Shown here: piece after piece, positions 1 to 10,300 of the stretch | How the letters are laid out: the number at the start of each line of letters is the position of its first letter | Position numbering within the stretch: the stretch's first letter is position 1 | Assembly: GCA_044870765.1 (NCBI GenBank) | Contig: JBIOZG010000046.1 | Span: 1 to 36,808 of the forward strand | DNA: 36,808 nucleotides | From: Nitrososphaeraceae archaeon | GTDB lineage: Archaea > Thermoproteota > Nitrososphaeria > Nitrososphaerales > Nitrososphaeraceae | Direction: 5' to 3' | Made by a program: the position numbers and the translations under genes | Notes under the pieces: model-generated | What the model was told of the DNA's origin: nothing | Databases searched by the model: none | What the model saw: the letters and a program-made list of their open reading frames with translations, nothing else

Positions 1-319
1 AATAAATGCGGCAAGTATGGATGCAACCAAAAATGTGTCAAGATACAAAATCAGAGAAATAAATTTGCCATCTTGCAATATAGAAAAAATGTTAATTCAC
101 GGTGATAGAAATATCATTAGAGTAAACATCTCACAAATGACAAGTGCTTTTCAAATAATGATGACGAATGCAAGCATTTAACACATTGACAACAGGGCGA
201 TATCTCACAGGCGTGATGAGGTATTTGATGATGTATGTGGAGTAGAAAGCGTTAAATTTAATGAATTCATCTGAAGCTTATATATAAACTTTTATTCTTT
301 GTGTACGTAATATATTTTA

Positions 320-931
320 GTGAGTAATGACCAAAAATACGAGATGAATCCCAGCAAATTATTATTTGCAAGCATACTAGCGCTAGCTATTTCGCTGACA
401 GTTCTGCTTTCTGTATCAATGGTTGATCAGATACATGCAGCGAAGTATCCATACAAGGCACAATTAAGTGGACAAGATGAAGTTCCTGCAGTTGAAACGA
501 GTGCAACAGGAGAGGCTGAGTTTACATTACCTGCAAACGATACTATGAAGTATAGAGTAAACGTAACAGGAATATCAAACGCTTCAGCAGCTCATATTCA
601 TATGGGCAAAGCCGGAGAGAATGGAGACGTAATTGTAGACCTTTTGAATGCTCCTGAAAGCAAAGATAAAGACACAGCTTATGGCATGATTTTCAGAGGA
701 AACATTACTGATTCTATTCTAACAGGCCCTATGAAAGGCAAGACTTTGGATGATTTGGCCGCTGCAATAGAATCTGGTGATACATATGTGAATGTCCATA
801 CTTCTGAACATAAAGACGGCGAAATTAGAGGTCAGCTAAGTAATACAGACAAACCAGAACAGTCAGGTAGTTCTAATTCTACAGGTAGTTCTAATTCTAC
901 TGATGTTGGTTTCTCTACTCTGACGGAATAA
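320..931 (+). CDS. Secreted CHRD-domain protein
   Basis: Hydrophobic signal peptide; CHRD motifs LSGxxEVP, AAHIH and YVNVHTxxHxxGEIRGQL; Ser/Thr-rich tail. Alternative ATG start at 344; TATA-like TTATATATAAA near 277-287. Confidence 0.9.
   Translation: MSNDQKYEMNPSKLLFASILALAISLTVLLSVSMVDQIHAAKYPYKAQLSGQDEVPAVETSATGEAEFTLPANDTMKYRVNVTGISNASAAHIHMGKAGENGDVIVDLLNAPESKDKDTAYGMIFRGNITDSILTGPMKGKTLDDLAAAIESGDTYVNVHTSEHKDGEIRGQLSNTDKPEQSGSSNSTGSSNSTDVGFSTLTE
864..900 (+). repeat. 18-bp perfect tandem duplication (CAGGTAGTTCTAATTCTA x2)
   Basis: Read directly; encodes GSSNST twice in the CHRD tail. Confidence 0.9.
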
Positions 932-960
932 GGGTAAAGAACCCATCATTATTTTTTTTT
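932..960 (+). terminator. Putative oligo-T terminator after the CHRD gene
   Basis: Short GGGT/ACCC hairpin followed by T9 at 952-960; archaeal termination commonly occurs at oligo-U. Confidence 0.5.
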
Positions 961-1235
961 GATATCTCTTACTCAATAGACGTTATTTTTGGATTTAGTA
1001 ATTCCCAATTTCTTTTCTAGTTTTAGTGATACAGATGCAATTTACTGACCAAAATACATATTCATGTTAGTTTTGAGGGGCATAAAGCTGGAATATGATG
1101 AACCGTAATCATAACCCCAAATAAAGTTCTAATAAACAAAGGAAGTCAGAAAATTTAAACATATTCCATTTTGAATATCCAAAATGACGATGGTGAATAT
1201 AACATTGAAATGGATCTCTTGTCCATCTAAAACAC

Positions 1236-2102
1236 GTGGTTAAACTTCTTCATTCAAACGTTACTTCTATTTCGAAGGCAGATATAGTGATTTTAGGAGT
1301 ACCTGACGAATCAAGGTCTCATGCAAAAAGAAAGGGAGCAAGTAAGGGTCCCGATAGTATAAGGTCAGCGTCAAATAACTACGAGTTTTTTGAAAGAGAT
1401 GGTAATACTATTCCCATATGCCCGATGTCAGGAACACTGGAGAACAAAAGTATTCTTGACTTTGGCAATGTGGCGAGGGACGATCTATATAGATTGATAT
1501 TTGACTTAGTTTCCGCGAAAAAAATTCCCATCACTATTGGAGGAGATCATTCAATTACGACTCTTATTCTGAATGGAATATATGATGCCTTGGAAAGTAA
1601 TAAGATAACTCTTCTGTACTTTGACGCACATCCAGATTTCGTTTCTTCAACAAGGAACTATTATGGGTCGGTCATTACAGATTCGTCAGAGCTTATCAAC
1701 TTTACAAAAAGTATGCTCATAGGGACTAGAGCAGCTGAGTTGGAGGAACTAGAAAATGCATCAAAGAAAAAATTAGAAATCATTACACCTCTTGATGTTA
1801 TTGAAGTGGGCATAAATGCAATCATTAAAAAGATTATTTCAAAATGTCGAGCAAGTAAGGTGTATTTGTCCATCGACTTAGATTGCATGGATCCAGGAGT
1901 TGCCCCTGGAGTATCTGTGCCGGCTCCAGGTGGACTTTTCCCTCTTGATTTAATTTATATGATAAAAAAAATAAGTGAAAACTTACAAGTTGTGGGAATG
2001 GATATTGTAGAACTGTGCCCTGACTATGACTTGAACCAAAATACTGCCAATCATGCATCGCGTATTCTAATGGAAATGATCTCTTCATTAAGGATCAGAT
2101 AG
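1236..2102 (+). CDS. Arginase/agmatinase (ureohydrolase) family protein
   Basis: GGDHS, DAHPD, SIDLDCMDP and IVE metal-site motifs; GVP...GPxxIR N-terminal motif. Confidence 0.9.
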   Translation: MVKLLHSNVTSISKADIVILGVPDESRSHAKRKGASKGPDSIRSASNNYEFFERDGNTIPICPMSGTLENKSILDFGNVARDDLYRLIFDLVSAKKIPITIGGDHSITTLILNGIYDALESNKITLLYFDAHPDFVSSTRNYYGSVITDSSELINFTKSMLIGTRAAELEELENASKKKLEIITPLDVIEVGINAIIKKIISKCRASKVYLSIDLDCMDPGVAPGVSVPAPGGLFPLDLIYMIKKISENLQVVGMDIVELCPDYDLNQNTANHASRILMEMISSLRIR

Positions 2103-2227
2103 CGCAAGTCTTGAACTCGGTGGAACGGGTCTTTTGACCGGACACTGAATCTTTGTGAATAGGAGTATGATATGGAGTAGGAGTAGGAATATGAGTAAGA
2201 ATACGTTCTATTTTGTGTTGCAGTCAC
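2051..2227 (-). CDS. Putative 58-aa (Tyr-Ser)-repeat micro-protein coupled to cdc48
   Basis: Manual translation [58 protein letters not shown]; GTG overlaps the cdc48 TGA; repeat units vary mostly at synonymous positions (TAY-TCN). Confidence 0.35.
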   Translation of the reverse strand: MTATQNRTYSYSYSYSYSISYSYSQRFSVRSKDPFHRVQDLRYLILNEEIISIRIRDA

Positions 2228-4488
2228 TTTATGGCTGATTCTCTGTCTATGATTTCCTTTGTAACTCCGGGATTTGCAAACTTTTCAGCTATGTTCTTGT
2301 ATGTCTCTATCTCGTGTTTGGAAAGAGGACGTATCTTTTTCATTGCCTCTTCAAAATTCTTCATAGAGACCTTTAACTCGGATTTTGCCTCCTCGGCTTT
2401 CTTTGGATCTTTATATTTTTCTATATGCTCCCTCAGGGCGAGCATTACTGCCGCAGATGCAAGTCCAGCTAAATCCGCTCCCGTATATCCTTCTGTCTGG
2501 ACAGACAGTACATCAATTTTCACATCATCGGCTAATGGTTTCTTTGATGTATGTATTTTAATAATCTGAGTCCTGGCTTCTTTGTCTGGCGGAGGCACAT
2601 ATAAGAGTCTGTCAAATCTTCCAGGCCTCAACAGGGCTGCATCAATGATATCCGGTCTATTAGTAGCCGCAATAACAATCACATCTGACAATACTTCGAG
2701 TCCGTCAAGTTCCGTTAGAAGCTGACTGATAACTCTTTCAGTAACATGTGAATCACTTCCCAATCCTCGTGTGGGGGCAATAGCGTCTATTTCATCGAAA
2801 AATACAATACATGGAGAAGCCTGCCTCGCTTTTCGAAAAATTTCCCTTACACCTTTTTCTGATTCACCTACCCATTTTGAGAGCAATTCAGGACCCTTAA
2901 TGCTGATAAAATTTGCTTCGCTCTCGTGAGCAGCTCCTTTTGCCATCAGTGTCTTTCCCGTACCGGGCGGTCCGTACAGAAGTATGCCCTTGGGTGGAGT
3001 GGCGTTTGAATGCACAAATAGTCCGTGGTACTTTAGAGGCCATTCCACTGCTTCTTGCAGTTCTTGTTTGACTTCTGCTACTCCGCCTATATCTTCCCAT
3101 TTTACATCCGGAATCTCCACGAAAACTTCTCGCAAGGCCGAGGGTTCTATTTCCTTGATTACACTCAAAAAGTCATCCATTGTTACTACTATCTTCTTGA
3201 GAATATCGGATGGAATGTTCTCTGTAGTAAGATCAATTTCAGGAAGTACCTTTCTCAGAGCCCTTATCCCTGCTTCTTTTGCGATGGCCTGAAGATCTGC
3301 CCCAACAAAGCCATGAGACATATTCGCTATTGTACCAAGGTCTACATCTTTCTCCAATGGCATCCCTCTAGTGTGTATCTGAAGTATTTCCAATCTACCT
3401 TCTTTGTCGGGGACACCTATTTCGATTTCCCTATCAAACCTGCCGGGTCTTCTGAGGGCAGGATCAATTGCGTTGATTCTGTTCGTAGCTCCAATTACAA
3501 CCACCTTTCCTCTTGATGACATGCCATCCATCAATGATAGAAGTTGGGCTACGACTCGCCTTTCTACTTCACCTGACACTTCTTCTCTCTTTGGAGCAAT
3601 TGAATCAATTTCATCTATAAAAATAATAGCAGGTGCGTTTTCTTCAGCTTTCTTAAAAATTTCCCGTAGTCTTTCCTCAGACTCACCATAGAATTTGCTC
3701 ATTATTTCTGGTCCTCCAATTGTATAGAAATTGGCATTAGTTTCACGTGCCACGGCCTTTGCCAAGAGCGTCTTCCCTGTACCAGGAGGTCCATGCAACA
3801 ATACTCCCTTCGGTGCCTCAACACCAAGTCTCTTGAACAGTTCTGGGTGTCTCAAAGGGAGTTCTATCATTTCCCTCAGGCGGGAAACTTCATTTTTTAT
3901 ACCTCCTATGTCCTCATACGAAATTGAGGGAACGTCGCCTTCTTTTGCAACTTGAACTGCTTTTTCGCTTTCTTCAGATATTGTCATTTCAGTAGGGTCT
4001 TCAATTAAAACTGGTCCTGACGGTTTTGTAGAGATGACTACAAGATCAACTCTTTGACCCATTATTGTTAAGGGAAAAATATCCCCTGTACTTAGTAAAC
4101 TTCCTAAAAGATACTCTTTAAGATACCCTTCGGCTCCAACAATTCGAAGTGGTTCCGTTGGTGCTAACGTAACTTTTTGTGCACTTTTTGCCTCAACCTT
4201 CTTTATTTCAACAGAGTCATTAATTCCAACGTCTAGCCTGTTTCTCAGATAACCATCTATTCTCACAAGACCTTTGCCTCTATCTTTCTCTCTTGCGGGC
4301 CATGATAGAACACTCGTTTTCTTGCCAAGAGACGAAATTTCCAATGCATCGCCCGCAGATAAATCAAGTTGCTGGGCCACTTCAGGGTCTACCCTAGCAA
4401 TTTTTCTTCCTACGTCGGATTGCTCTGCTTCGGCTACTTTCAAATTAGTTCCAACATCATTATTTCTCGATTCCTTATCATCACTCAA
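2224..4488 (-). CDS. cdc48: CDC48/VCP (VAT) family AAA+ ATPase
   Basis: N-domain plus two AAA modules (GPPGTGKT twice; IIFIDEID and IVFFDEID; RPGRFDR arginine fingers). Confidence 0.97.
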   Translation of the reverse strand: MSDDKESRNNDVGTNLKVAEAEQSDVGRKIARVDPEVAQQLDLSAGDALEISSLGKKTSVLSWPAREKDRGKGLVRIDGYLRNRLDVGINDSVEIKKVEAKSAQKVTLAPTEPLRIVGAEGYLKEYLLGSLLSTGDIFPLTIMGQRVDLVVISTKPSGPVLIEDPTEMTISEESEKAVQVAKEGDVPSISYEDIGGIKNEVSRLREMIELPLRHPELFKRLGVEAPKGVLLHGPPGTGKTLLAKAVARETNANFYTIGGPEIMSKFYGESEERLREIFKKAEENAPAIIFIDEIDSIAPKREEVSGEVERRVVAQLLSLMDGMSSRGKVVVIGATNRINAIDPALRRPGRFDREIEIGVPDKEGRLEILQIHTRGMPLEKDVDLGTIANMSHGFVGADLQAIAKEAGIRALRKVLPEIDLTTENIPSDILKKIVVTMDDFLSVIKEIEPSALREVFVEIPDVKWEDIGGVAEVKQELQEAVEWPLKYHGLFVHSNATPPKGILLYGPPGTGKTLMAKGAAHESEANFISIKGPELLSKWVGESEKGVREIFRKARQASPCIVFFDEIDAIAPTRGLGSDSHVTERVISQLLTELDGLEVLSDVIVIAATNRPDIIDAALLRPGRFDRLLYVPPPDKEARTQIIKIHTSKKPLADDVKIDVLSVQTEGYTGADLAGLASAAVMLALREHIEKYKDPKKAEEAKSELKVSMKNFEEAMKKIRPLSKHEIETYKNIAEKFANPGVTKEIIDRESAIK

Positions 4489-5053
4489 ATGAGATCATAA
4501 TCAGTACACATACATTGTATTTAAAAATCACATTTTAGTTCATGTTAAAAGTAGAACGCAATTTATTATGCCCTAAGTTCTAGAATTAAGATTCATAATC
4601 AGAGATCCATTGATTACTGATAAGATACTGTGATGATTTTTAGGTTTAGAACCGATATCTTAAAAATTGAAGAAATACACTTTTTGTTACTAGAGAAGAT
4701 AAAATGTTCGATCTGGGTGTCCGTTATTGTGGTCAGCAATATTATAGATCTTTTCTATATAGAATTAGAACATACGTAATCTATCAAGTTTCTATTATGT
4801 CAAGAATTGCATTTTCATAAATATATCTCAGTTTTTTATAAATATCAAGACACGTAGTCCTATCAAATAAAATCTTCTCGTAAACGATATATTTTGTGGG
4901 ATCAATAATTTCTCTTCCACATAATGCGCATCTGGCCACGATACTATATGATTTAAAATGTATAAAAGAATTATATTCTAGAAATTTTGGCGTCGCTTAC
5001 CCATTCATTATCTATTTAATATATTTAAGATGCCTAAACTATCTACGTTATAA

Positions 5054-6883
5054 TTGTCTCAAAGGCTATTAGAAATGAGGATAGCAATCATGATTTCTTT
5101 AATCGTCTTAGCTGGTATAATATTTTCCTTCTTGACTTACCAGTACTATTTGAAAAATTCTTCGGAGATTCAGAAAATTGCTGTGGAACATATTCAAAAT
5201 AGTACCCTCATTAAGGTCACGGATCTCAGTCACCTTCTTAGAAATAAGCTTGATTTAGTTACTGTGAATCTACAATTGCTTGCCTCGTCTAAAGAATTAA
5301 GTGAGCAAAATTTAGAATTAGGAAAAATATTGGTGAATTCTGCTCAAAAAACGACTGCAAATGTAGTTGACTTTTATAATTGGGTGGATAGCAATGGAAG
5401 TAGTATTTGGTCAAGCGCTAACTCTGATGTTAACACTAATACGAAATTCAAGGTATTTTCGAACGCATCTGCCCTTTATTTTTCAAAAGTTAAAGATACG
5501 CAAGTTCCTACATACAGTAACACACTTAAATTTACAAATGGTCAGTCCGGCGTATTGATACTCTATCCCATAATTGATACTCAGAACCGAAGCACAAATA
5601 TTAACAGAACTAATGAACAATTTAAGGGAGCGATTTTGGCGGGAATAACATCTGATACTCTAAACCAATTTTTAGGAAGCCAGATATCTCCGCTGTCTTC
5701 GGCAAATTTATCATTAGTTGATTCAAGCGGCTTGATGACAGTGACAGGAATAGCGCAATTAGCGGGCACAAACGTATTTGACAAAAAATTCTCTTCATTG
5801 ACAGAACGAACTGGTATCAATAAAAATATAAAAAGTATAATAGATGTCTTTAGATCAGCTGTGTCAAATCCTAGAACTGACACAACTGATGTAACCTTCG
5901 AGGGAAAAGACCTTACAATATCTTATGCGCCAGTCGTATCGAATGGAATTCACTATTTTACGATAATGTTGATTTTGCCACATAGTTTGGCATCCTCTCT
6001 AGATGAACTTGTGGTACAGCAGAGAAATTTTGCCGTAGCAGCTATGTTAATAATTGTCCTGAGCGCCTTGGGCATTTTTTTTGTTATAACTTATTGGAAC
6101 AAGGGATTAAGAAAGGTGGTATATATCCAGACAAAAGAATTACAGGAGACAGCCAAAAAATTGACTTACCACGACAAATTGCAAAAAGAGTTCATAGACA
6201 TTGCAGCTCATGAATTTAGAACGCCAATCCAATCGGTCCTAGGTTACTCAGAAATGATTCATGCAAATCTAAAAAATTTTGATCAATATTTTGAGAAAAT
6301 CATAAGGAATGCAAGGAGATTAGAAAAGTTAACCGAGGACATACTAGACGTATCAAGGATAGAAGGCAACAATCTTCAGCTGTCAAAATCAAATTTTGAT
6401 TTGAACCGTACAATCCAACAGGTAATTGAAGACTATCAAAAAGAAGCCGCGAATAAGAATGTAAAGATAATTCTCGATTTTAAAAAGAACGTTCCTACTA
6501 CCATATATGCGGATGAAGCCAGGCTGCAACAGGTTATTAACAACCTACTATCTAATGCAATTAATTTTACCAGCAATGGTACTGTTATTATAACTGCATA
6601 TAAAGCTCAAGTTGACACCAATGTAGAAATGGCACAGCAGGATGAAAAGTCAATTGTGGTAGAGATAAAAGACACTGGTTCCGGCATTAACCCTGAAATG
6701 CTTCCGAGGTTATTTGAAAAATTTGCCACAAGGTCCGGATCTGGTACTGGATTGGGTCTGTATATTTCAAAAAGTATTGTGGATAGCCACGGTGGAAAAA
6801 TATGGGCGTATAACAATAAAGATGGAATCGGTGCAACTTTTACGTTTACGCTTCCCATTCCTCTCAATAAAACCAAAAAATAG
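5054..6883 (+). CDS. Membrane sensor histidine kinase with extracellular Cache-like domain
   Basis: Two TM helices flanking a ~300-aa extracellular region; H-box AAHEFRTP, N-box NLLSNA, G-boxes DTGSG and GTGLGL. Possible ATG start at 5075. Confidence 0.93.
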   Translation: MSQRLLEMRIAIMISLIVLAGIIFSFLTYQYYLKNSSEIQKIAVEHIQNSTLIKVTDLSHLLRNKLDLVTVNLQLLASSKELSEQNLELGKILVNSAQKTTANVVDFYNWVDSNGSSIWSSANSDVNTNTKFKVFSNASALYFSKVKDTQVPTYSNTLKFTNGQSGVLILYPIIDTQNRSTNINRTNEQFKGAILAGITSDTLNQFLGSQISPLSSANLSLVDSSGLMTVTGIAQLAGTNVFDKKFSSLTERTGINKNIKSIIDVFRSAVSNPRTDTTDVTFEGKDLTISYAPVVSNGIHYFTIMLILPHSLASSLDELVVQQRNFAVAAMLIIVLSALGIFFVITYWNKGLRKVVYIQTKELQETAKKLTYHDKLQKEFIDIAAHEFRTPIQSVLGYSEMIHANLKNFDQYFEKIIRNARRLEKLTEDILDVSRIEGNNLQLSKSNFDLNRTIQQVIEDYQKEAANKNVKIILDFKKNVPTTIYADEARLQQVINNLLSNAINFTSNGTVIITAYKAQVDTNVEMAQQDEKSIVVEIKDTGSGINPEMLPRLFEKFATRSGSGTGLGLYISKSIVDSHGGKIWAYNNKDGIGATFTFTLPIPLNKTKK

Positions 6884-6981
6884 CCTAATATATGAATAAT
6901 TCGAGTAGTCAATTTAAAACATACAATGAAATTATCAACTACTGAGGAATTTTTTTAAGTCGCAATCTGTTAATAATACCG

Positions 6982-7344
6982 TTGAAGCGCAATCGTGTAA
7001 TGTTGGTTGACGATGAAATCGACATTATAGGGCTATTCAGTGAGGTTTTAACGCTTAATGGCATTAATGTCCAGCCGTTTACCAATCCTGAGGAGGCACT
7101 CAAGGATTTTGAGATTAATCATGACTCATATATCCTCGTAATATCCGATGTAAAAATGAAACCTATCTCTGGTGTTGAATTTATTAAGAAACTTAGGGAT
7201 ATTGACTCCAAGATAAAGGTGATTGTGATGACAGCATTCGAAATAGATGGGAATCAACTAAAAGAAATTGACACTGATGAATTCTTCAATAAACCTATTA
7301 GGATTAATGATCTCGTTCAAATTGTAAAAAAATACGTCGGCTAG
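6982..7344 (+). CDS. Single-domain response regulator (REC)
   Basis: VDDE, phosphoacceptor ISDVKM, TA and KP motifs; lies directly after the kinase. Confidence 0.92.
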   Translation: MKRNRVMLVDDEIDIIGLFSEVLTLNGINVQPFTNPEEALKDFEINHDSYILVISDVKMKPISGVEFIKKLRDIDSKIKVIVMTAFEIDGNQLKEIDTDEFFNKPIRINDLVQIVKKYVG

Positions 7345-7391
7345 AAGTTGCTTATTGAGTGTTGAAAGTGATGATACTCTAATCGACTTTG

Positions 7392-7724
7392 TTAGAGTTT
7401 CAACCCATATTCAGATTCTAAAAGATTTTTTCTGAGATAGGCATCTATATTTTTCATTACTGTTGGGTTTCCCTCTATATGTTTTATAAGTCTAGGATTG
7501 CTGTAATGCATATCACGATATTTTATGCTGTCATCATCTGAATAATAATCAAATTCTACGGTTAAAATCCCTGTAATATGCTCAGCATCTTCTATTACAT
7601 TAAACGCTATTAGATGACTAAGTCTCAAGGGTTCTCCTCTATCACCAAATACGTGTTCGTCTTTACAGTAGGCAGAGTTAGGGTTTTCAGCCATTTTAGA
7701 GTGATTACGATACACTCCAGCCAT
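7392..7724 (-). CDS. Hypothetical protein
   Basis: 110-aa ATG ORF with protein-like composition; AT-rich TATA-like element about 25 nt upstream; no family recognised. Confidence 0.7.
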   Translation of the reverse strand: MAGVYRNHSKMAENPNSAYCKDEHVFGDRGEPLRLSHLIAFNVIEDAEHITGILTVEFDYYSDDDSIKYRDMHYSNPRLIKHIEGNPTVMKNIDAYLRKNLLESEYGLKL

Positions 7725-7858
7725 TAGTCTTTAAATGCCAGCATTGTCTTTAAAGATTACTCAAAATATCATGGCATCGTTGAAAATCGACCTTATTTGT
7801 TTCAAAATATAACGCAACGAGGTATTACATCTATAAATATTTTATTGGTCACTCTGCA

Positions 7859-8062
7859 TTGATGGTGCAATCATTATTAGAAAATGAAAAGAAACCAGAT
7901 GTCTATGAGTTGGGTGTTGCTGAGGGAATCAAAGAAATGTTAGCTCTCAGAGGATTTACCAAAGAGAAAATACTTAATTCAACGGTAAACAATTTGGCCG
8001 AGACACTCCAGATAGACTATTATGTGGCGCTTATCATTTATAATTCGGCAAGAAAAAATTAG
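7859..8062 (+). CDS. Small hypothetical protein (possible helix-hairpin-helix-like)
   Basis: 67-aa ORF preceded by TATAAAT at about 7833; LGV..GI...L..RGF..LA..L.I...VA pattern. Confidence 0.6.
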   Translation: MMVQSLLENEKKPDVYELGVAEGIKEMLALRGFTKEKILNSTVNNLAETLQIDYYVALIIYNSARKN

Positions 8063-8129
8063 CAGTGATAATGTAGACTTTCCTATCAACTATGAATTGA
8101 ACTGCGTGGTCCGGTTTGTATTACAATAT

Positions 8130-8187
8130 GTTATAACTTTACCTTGTTAAGATATTTGTTGGTTGTAACTTTACTTTATTAAGATAT
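8130..8187. repeat. Imperfect 26-bp direct repeat, 32-bp period
   Basis: GTTATAACTTTACCTTGTTAAGATAT (8130-8155) vs GTTGTAACTTTACTTTATTAAGATAT (8162-8187): 23/26 identical. Confidence 0.75.
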
Positions 8188-8527
8188 AATACTATTTTCT
8201 CGTTCTCAAATAACATTTGCTCTAATTTAGCTTTTAGTACAGAACTGTTCTTTCATATAGCACCATTATTCGATAAATTTATTAAACTTCAGGTCATCAA
8301 TTTCGGGAAATTTTTTAATCGTTGTCTGACAAAAAGACTGCTATATAAATTCTTTTGATCAATCGTAACTCTAATGATTAATATTTGGCTTAGGTCATTT
8401 TATTAGTATGAATGCCATAAAACGCAAGAAATTACGACATAACACTGATAAGTCATGTTGAGGTATAGTCGGTAAGAGGAAATCTTTTGATTTATCATTT
8501 TAGTTTTGACGTTGATTGGAGGAAAAA

Positions 8528-10258
8528 ATGTGCGGAATAGCAGGCATACTAAACAAAAATAACCATGGCGTAACTGAGGACCTTATCCTCATGTTATCTT
8601 GTATGCATAATAGGGGTCCTGATGGGGTCGCTATCCAAGTTGGCGAAAATAGACGAAACTCTATGGAGTCTTCTGAATTATCTAGTCCTCATACAGATGG
8701 AAGATTTGGCCTGGGTCATGTGAGATTGGCCATTGTAGGCGGTCAATTAGGAAAACAGCCATTCACAAGCTGCGATGGACGAATTACACTTGAACACAAT
8801 GGGGAAATCTATAACTACAAAGAAATAAGAAATAGATTGACAGCTACACATAATTTCGTCAGCAGTTCGGACAGCGAAGTCATACTTCATTTATTAGAAG
8901 AAAAGCTTGCGCAATCGGCAAGTTTGTTGGAAGCAATAACAAAAATGGCAAAGACCTTAGATGGTGTTTATGGGATTGCAGTAAAAGATCATAAGACTGG
9001 CGAAATTGCACTAGTAAGAGACTTGCTAGGTGTAAGGCAGCTTTACTATAGTGACGATCCTGAACAGGTAACATTTGCTTCTGAACAAAAAGCAATCTGG
9101 CTACTGGGAGGAAACAAATCAGTACGGAGGGTGATGCCTGGACATGCCGTTATTATCAGCAATAAAGGTTCGTTAATTGAACATAGAATTGCCGAACCTC
9201 CTAGCAGTTTGAAATCGGATAAGAAGGATTTTAAATACAACACACTTGAACAGGCCTTAAAGGCATACAAGAAATCATTAATTTCAGCAATGAGAAAGCG
9301 TACAGAGGGACTTGACAGAATAGGAATAATTTTTTCAGGAGGTATCGACAGTGTGCTAGTAGCCTGGCTAGCTAAAGATCTAGTAAAGGAGGTAATTTGT
9401 TATAATGCTGGCACTCTTGAATCATCAGATATTCTTTTTGCCCGCAAAGTAGCCGATGATCTCCAATTGAAACTTGTAGTAAACGTTATCACCAAGCGCA
9501 GTACTGAGGAAATGTTACCGAAAATTATTCATTCTATAGAGGAAAGAGATGCTGTTCAAGTTGAAGTTGCTCTGCCTATTTATTCGGCTATGGCTTTGGC
9601 CAAAAAGGACCATATTAAAGTAGTATTTTCTGGTCAAGGAGTAGACGAAATATTCGGAGGCTATCCATGGTATCCAAAAATAGTAGCAAGTGAAGGTTAT
9701 TCTTCACTACGGAATCATATGATTGAAGATTTATTCTTACTATATAAGGAAACGTTAGAAAGAGAAGATAAAACAACTATGGCACATGGTATTGAAATGA
9801 GGGAGCCGTATTTGGACATAAATGTCATCGACACTGCATTTGACATGAACCCAAGACTAAATATCACAGGACCTAATGATACTTTTGGAAAACAGGTCCA
9901 TAGAAAATTAGCAGCCGAACTGGGCATTCCCAAGGAAATAGCATATAGGAATAAGTCGGCGGCCCAACACGGATCAGGAATACATTTCATTATTGACGAG
10001 ATGGCTCGCGAGAATGGTTTTACTGAAAGTACTATTTCTTCTGGCTATCTGCGACAGCTCGAAAAAAGAGAGCTATTAGGAAGCTCTCAGAGGTACGGAT
10101 TTAAGTATGGTAATAAAGAGCTGTGGCAAACTGCTCCCCACATACAGTTGTATTTAGACAAGATTTTCGAAGGCGTCTTTGGAAAATCAAGCTCATCTAT
10201 TGACACTTCTGATGAAGAGCATTTGTTAACCAATCGAATTATAAGAAAATCAAATTAA
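8528..10258 (+). CDS. asnB: Asparagine synthase (glutamine-hydrolysing), Ntn amidotransferase family
   Basis: MCGIAG N-terminus (catalytic Cys2 fixes the start at ATG 8528), RGPD, HNGEIYNY, SDSEV, SGGIDS PP-loop, SGQGVDEIFGGY. Confidence 0.92.
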   Translation: MCGIAGILNKNNHGVTEDLILMLSCMHNRGPDGVAIQVGENRRNSMESSELSSPHTDGRFGLGHVRLAIVGGQLGKQPFTSCDGRITLEHNGEIYNYKEIRNRLTATHNFVSSSDSEVILHLLEEKLAQSASLLEAITKMAKTLDGVYGIAVKDHKTGEIALVRDLLGVRQLYYSDDPEQVTFASEQKAIWLLGGNKSVRRVMPGHAVIISNKGSLIEHRIAEPPSSLKSDKKDFKYNTLEQALKAYKKSLISAMRKRTEGLDRIGIIFSGGIDSVLVAWLAKDLVKEVICYNAGTLESSDILFARKVADDLQLKLVVNVITKRSTEEMLPKIIHSIEERDAVQVEVALPIYSAMALAKKDHIKVVFSGQGVDEIFGGYPWYPKIVASEGYSSLRNHMIEDLFLLYKETLEREDKTTMAHGIEMREPYLDINVIDTAFDMNPRLNITGPNDTFGKQVHRKLAAELGIPKEIAYRNKSAAQHGSGIHFIIDEMARENGFTESTISSGYLRQLEKRELLGSSQRYGFKYGNKELWQTAPHIQLYLDKIFEGVFGKSSSSIDTSDEEHLLTNRIIRKSN

Positions 10259-10300
10259 GTTCTTTGAAAGGGCAAGGAAAGTAAACCAAAAAACGTTTCC

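Noticed and set aside
1-78. Minus-strand hydrophobic frame (TTG start, MQDGKFISLILYLDTFLVASILAAFI) running off the left edge
   Set aside because: Could be the start of a gene, but 26 codons are too few to support a call.
2095-2226. UGA read-through or selenocysteine extension of Cdc48 ([19 protein letters not shown]...)
   Set aside because: No SECIS-like evidence, and repeat variation is synonymous only in the Tyr-Ser frame.
1661-4492. Numerous antisense or alternate-frame ORFs over the ureohydrolase and cdc48 (similar ones lie over the kinase, asnB, tfb, copCD, ABC1 kinase, sugar dehydrogenase and nuo genes)
   Set aside because: Shadow ORFs of well-supported genes with no motifs of their own.
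8130-8187. CRISPR-like repeat pair
   Set aside because: Only two units with a 6-bp gap; no spacers and no cas genes.
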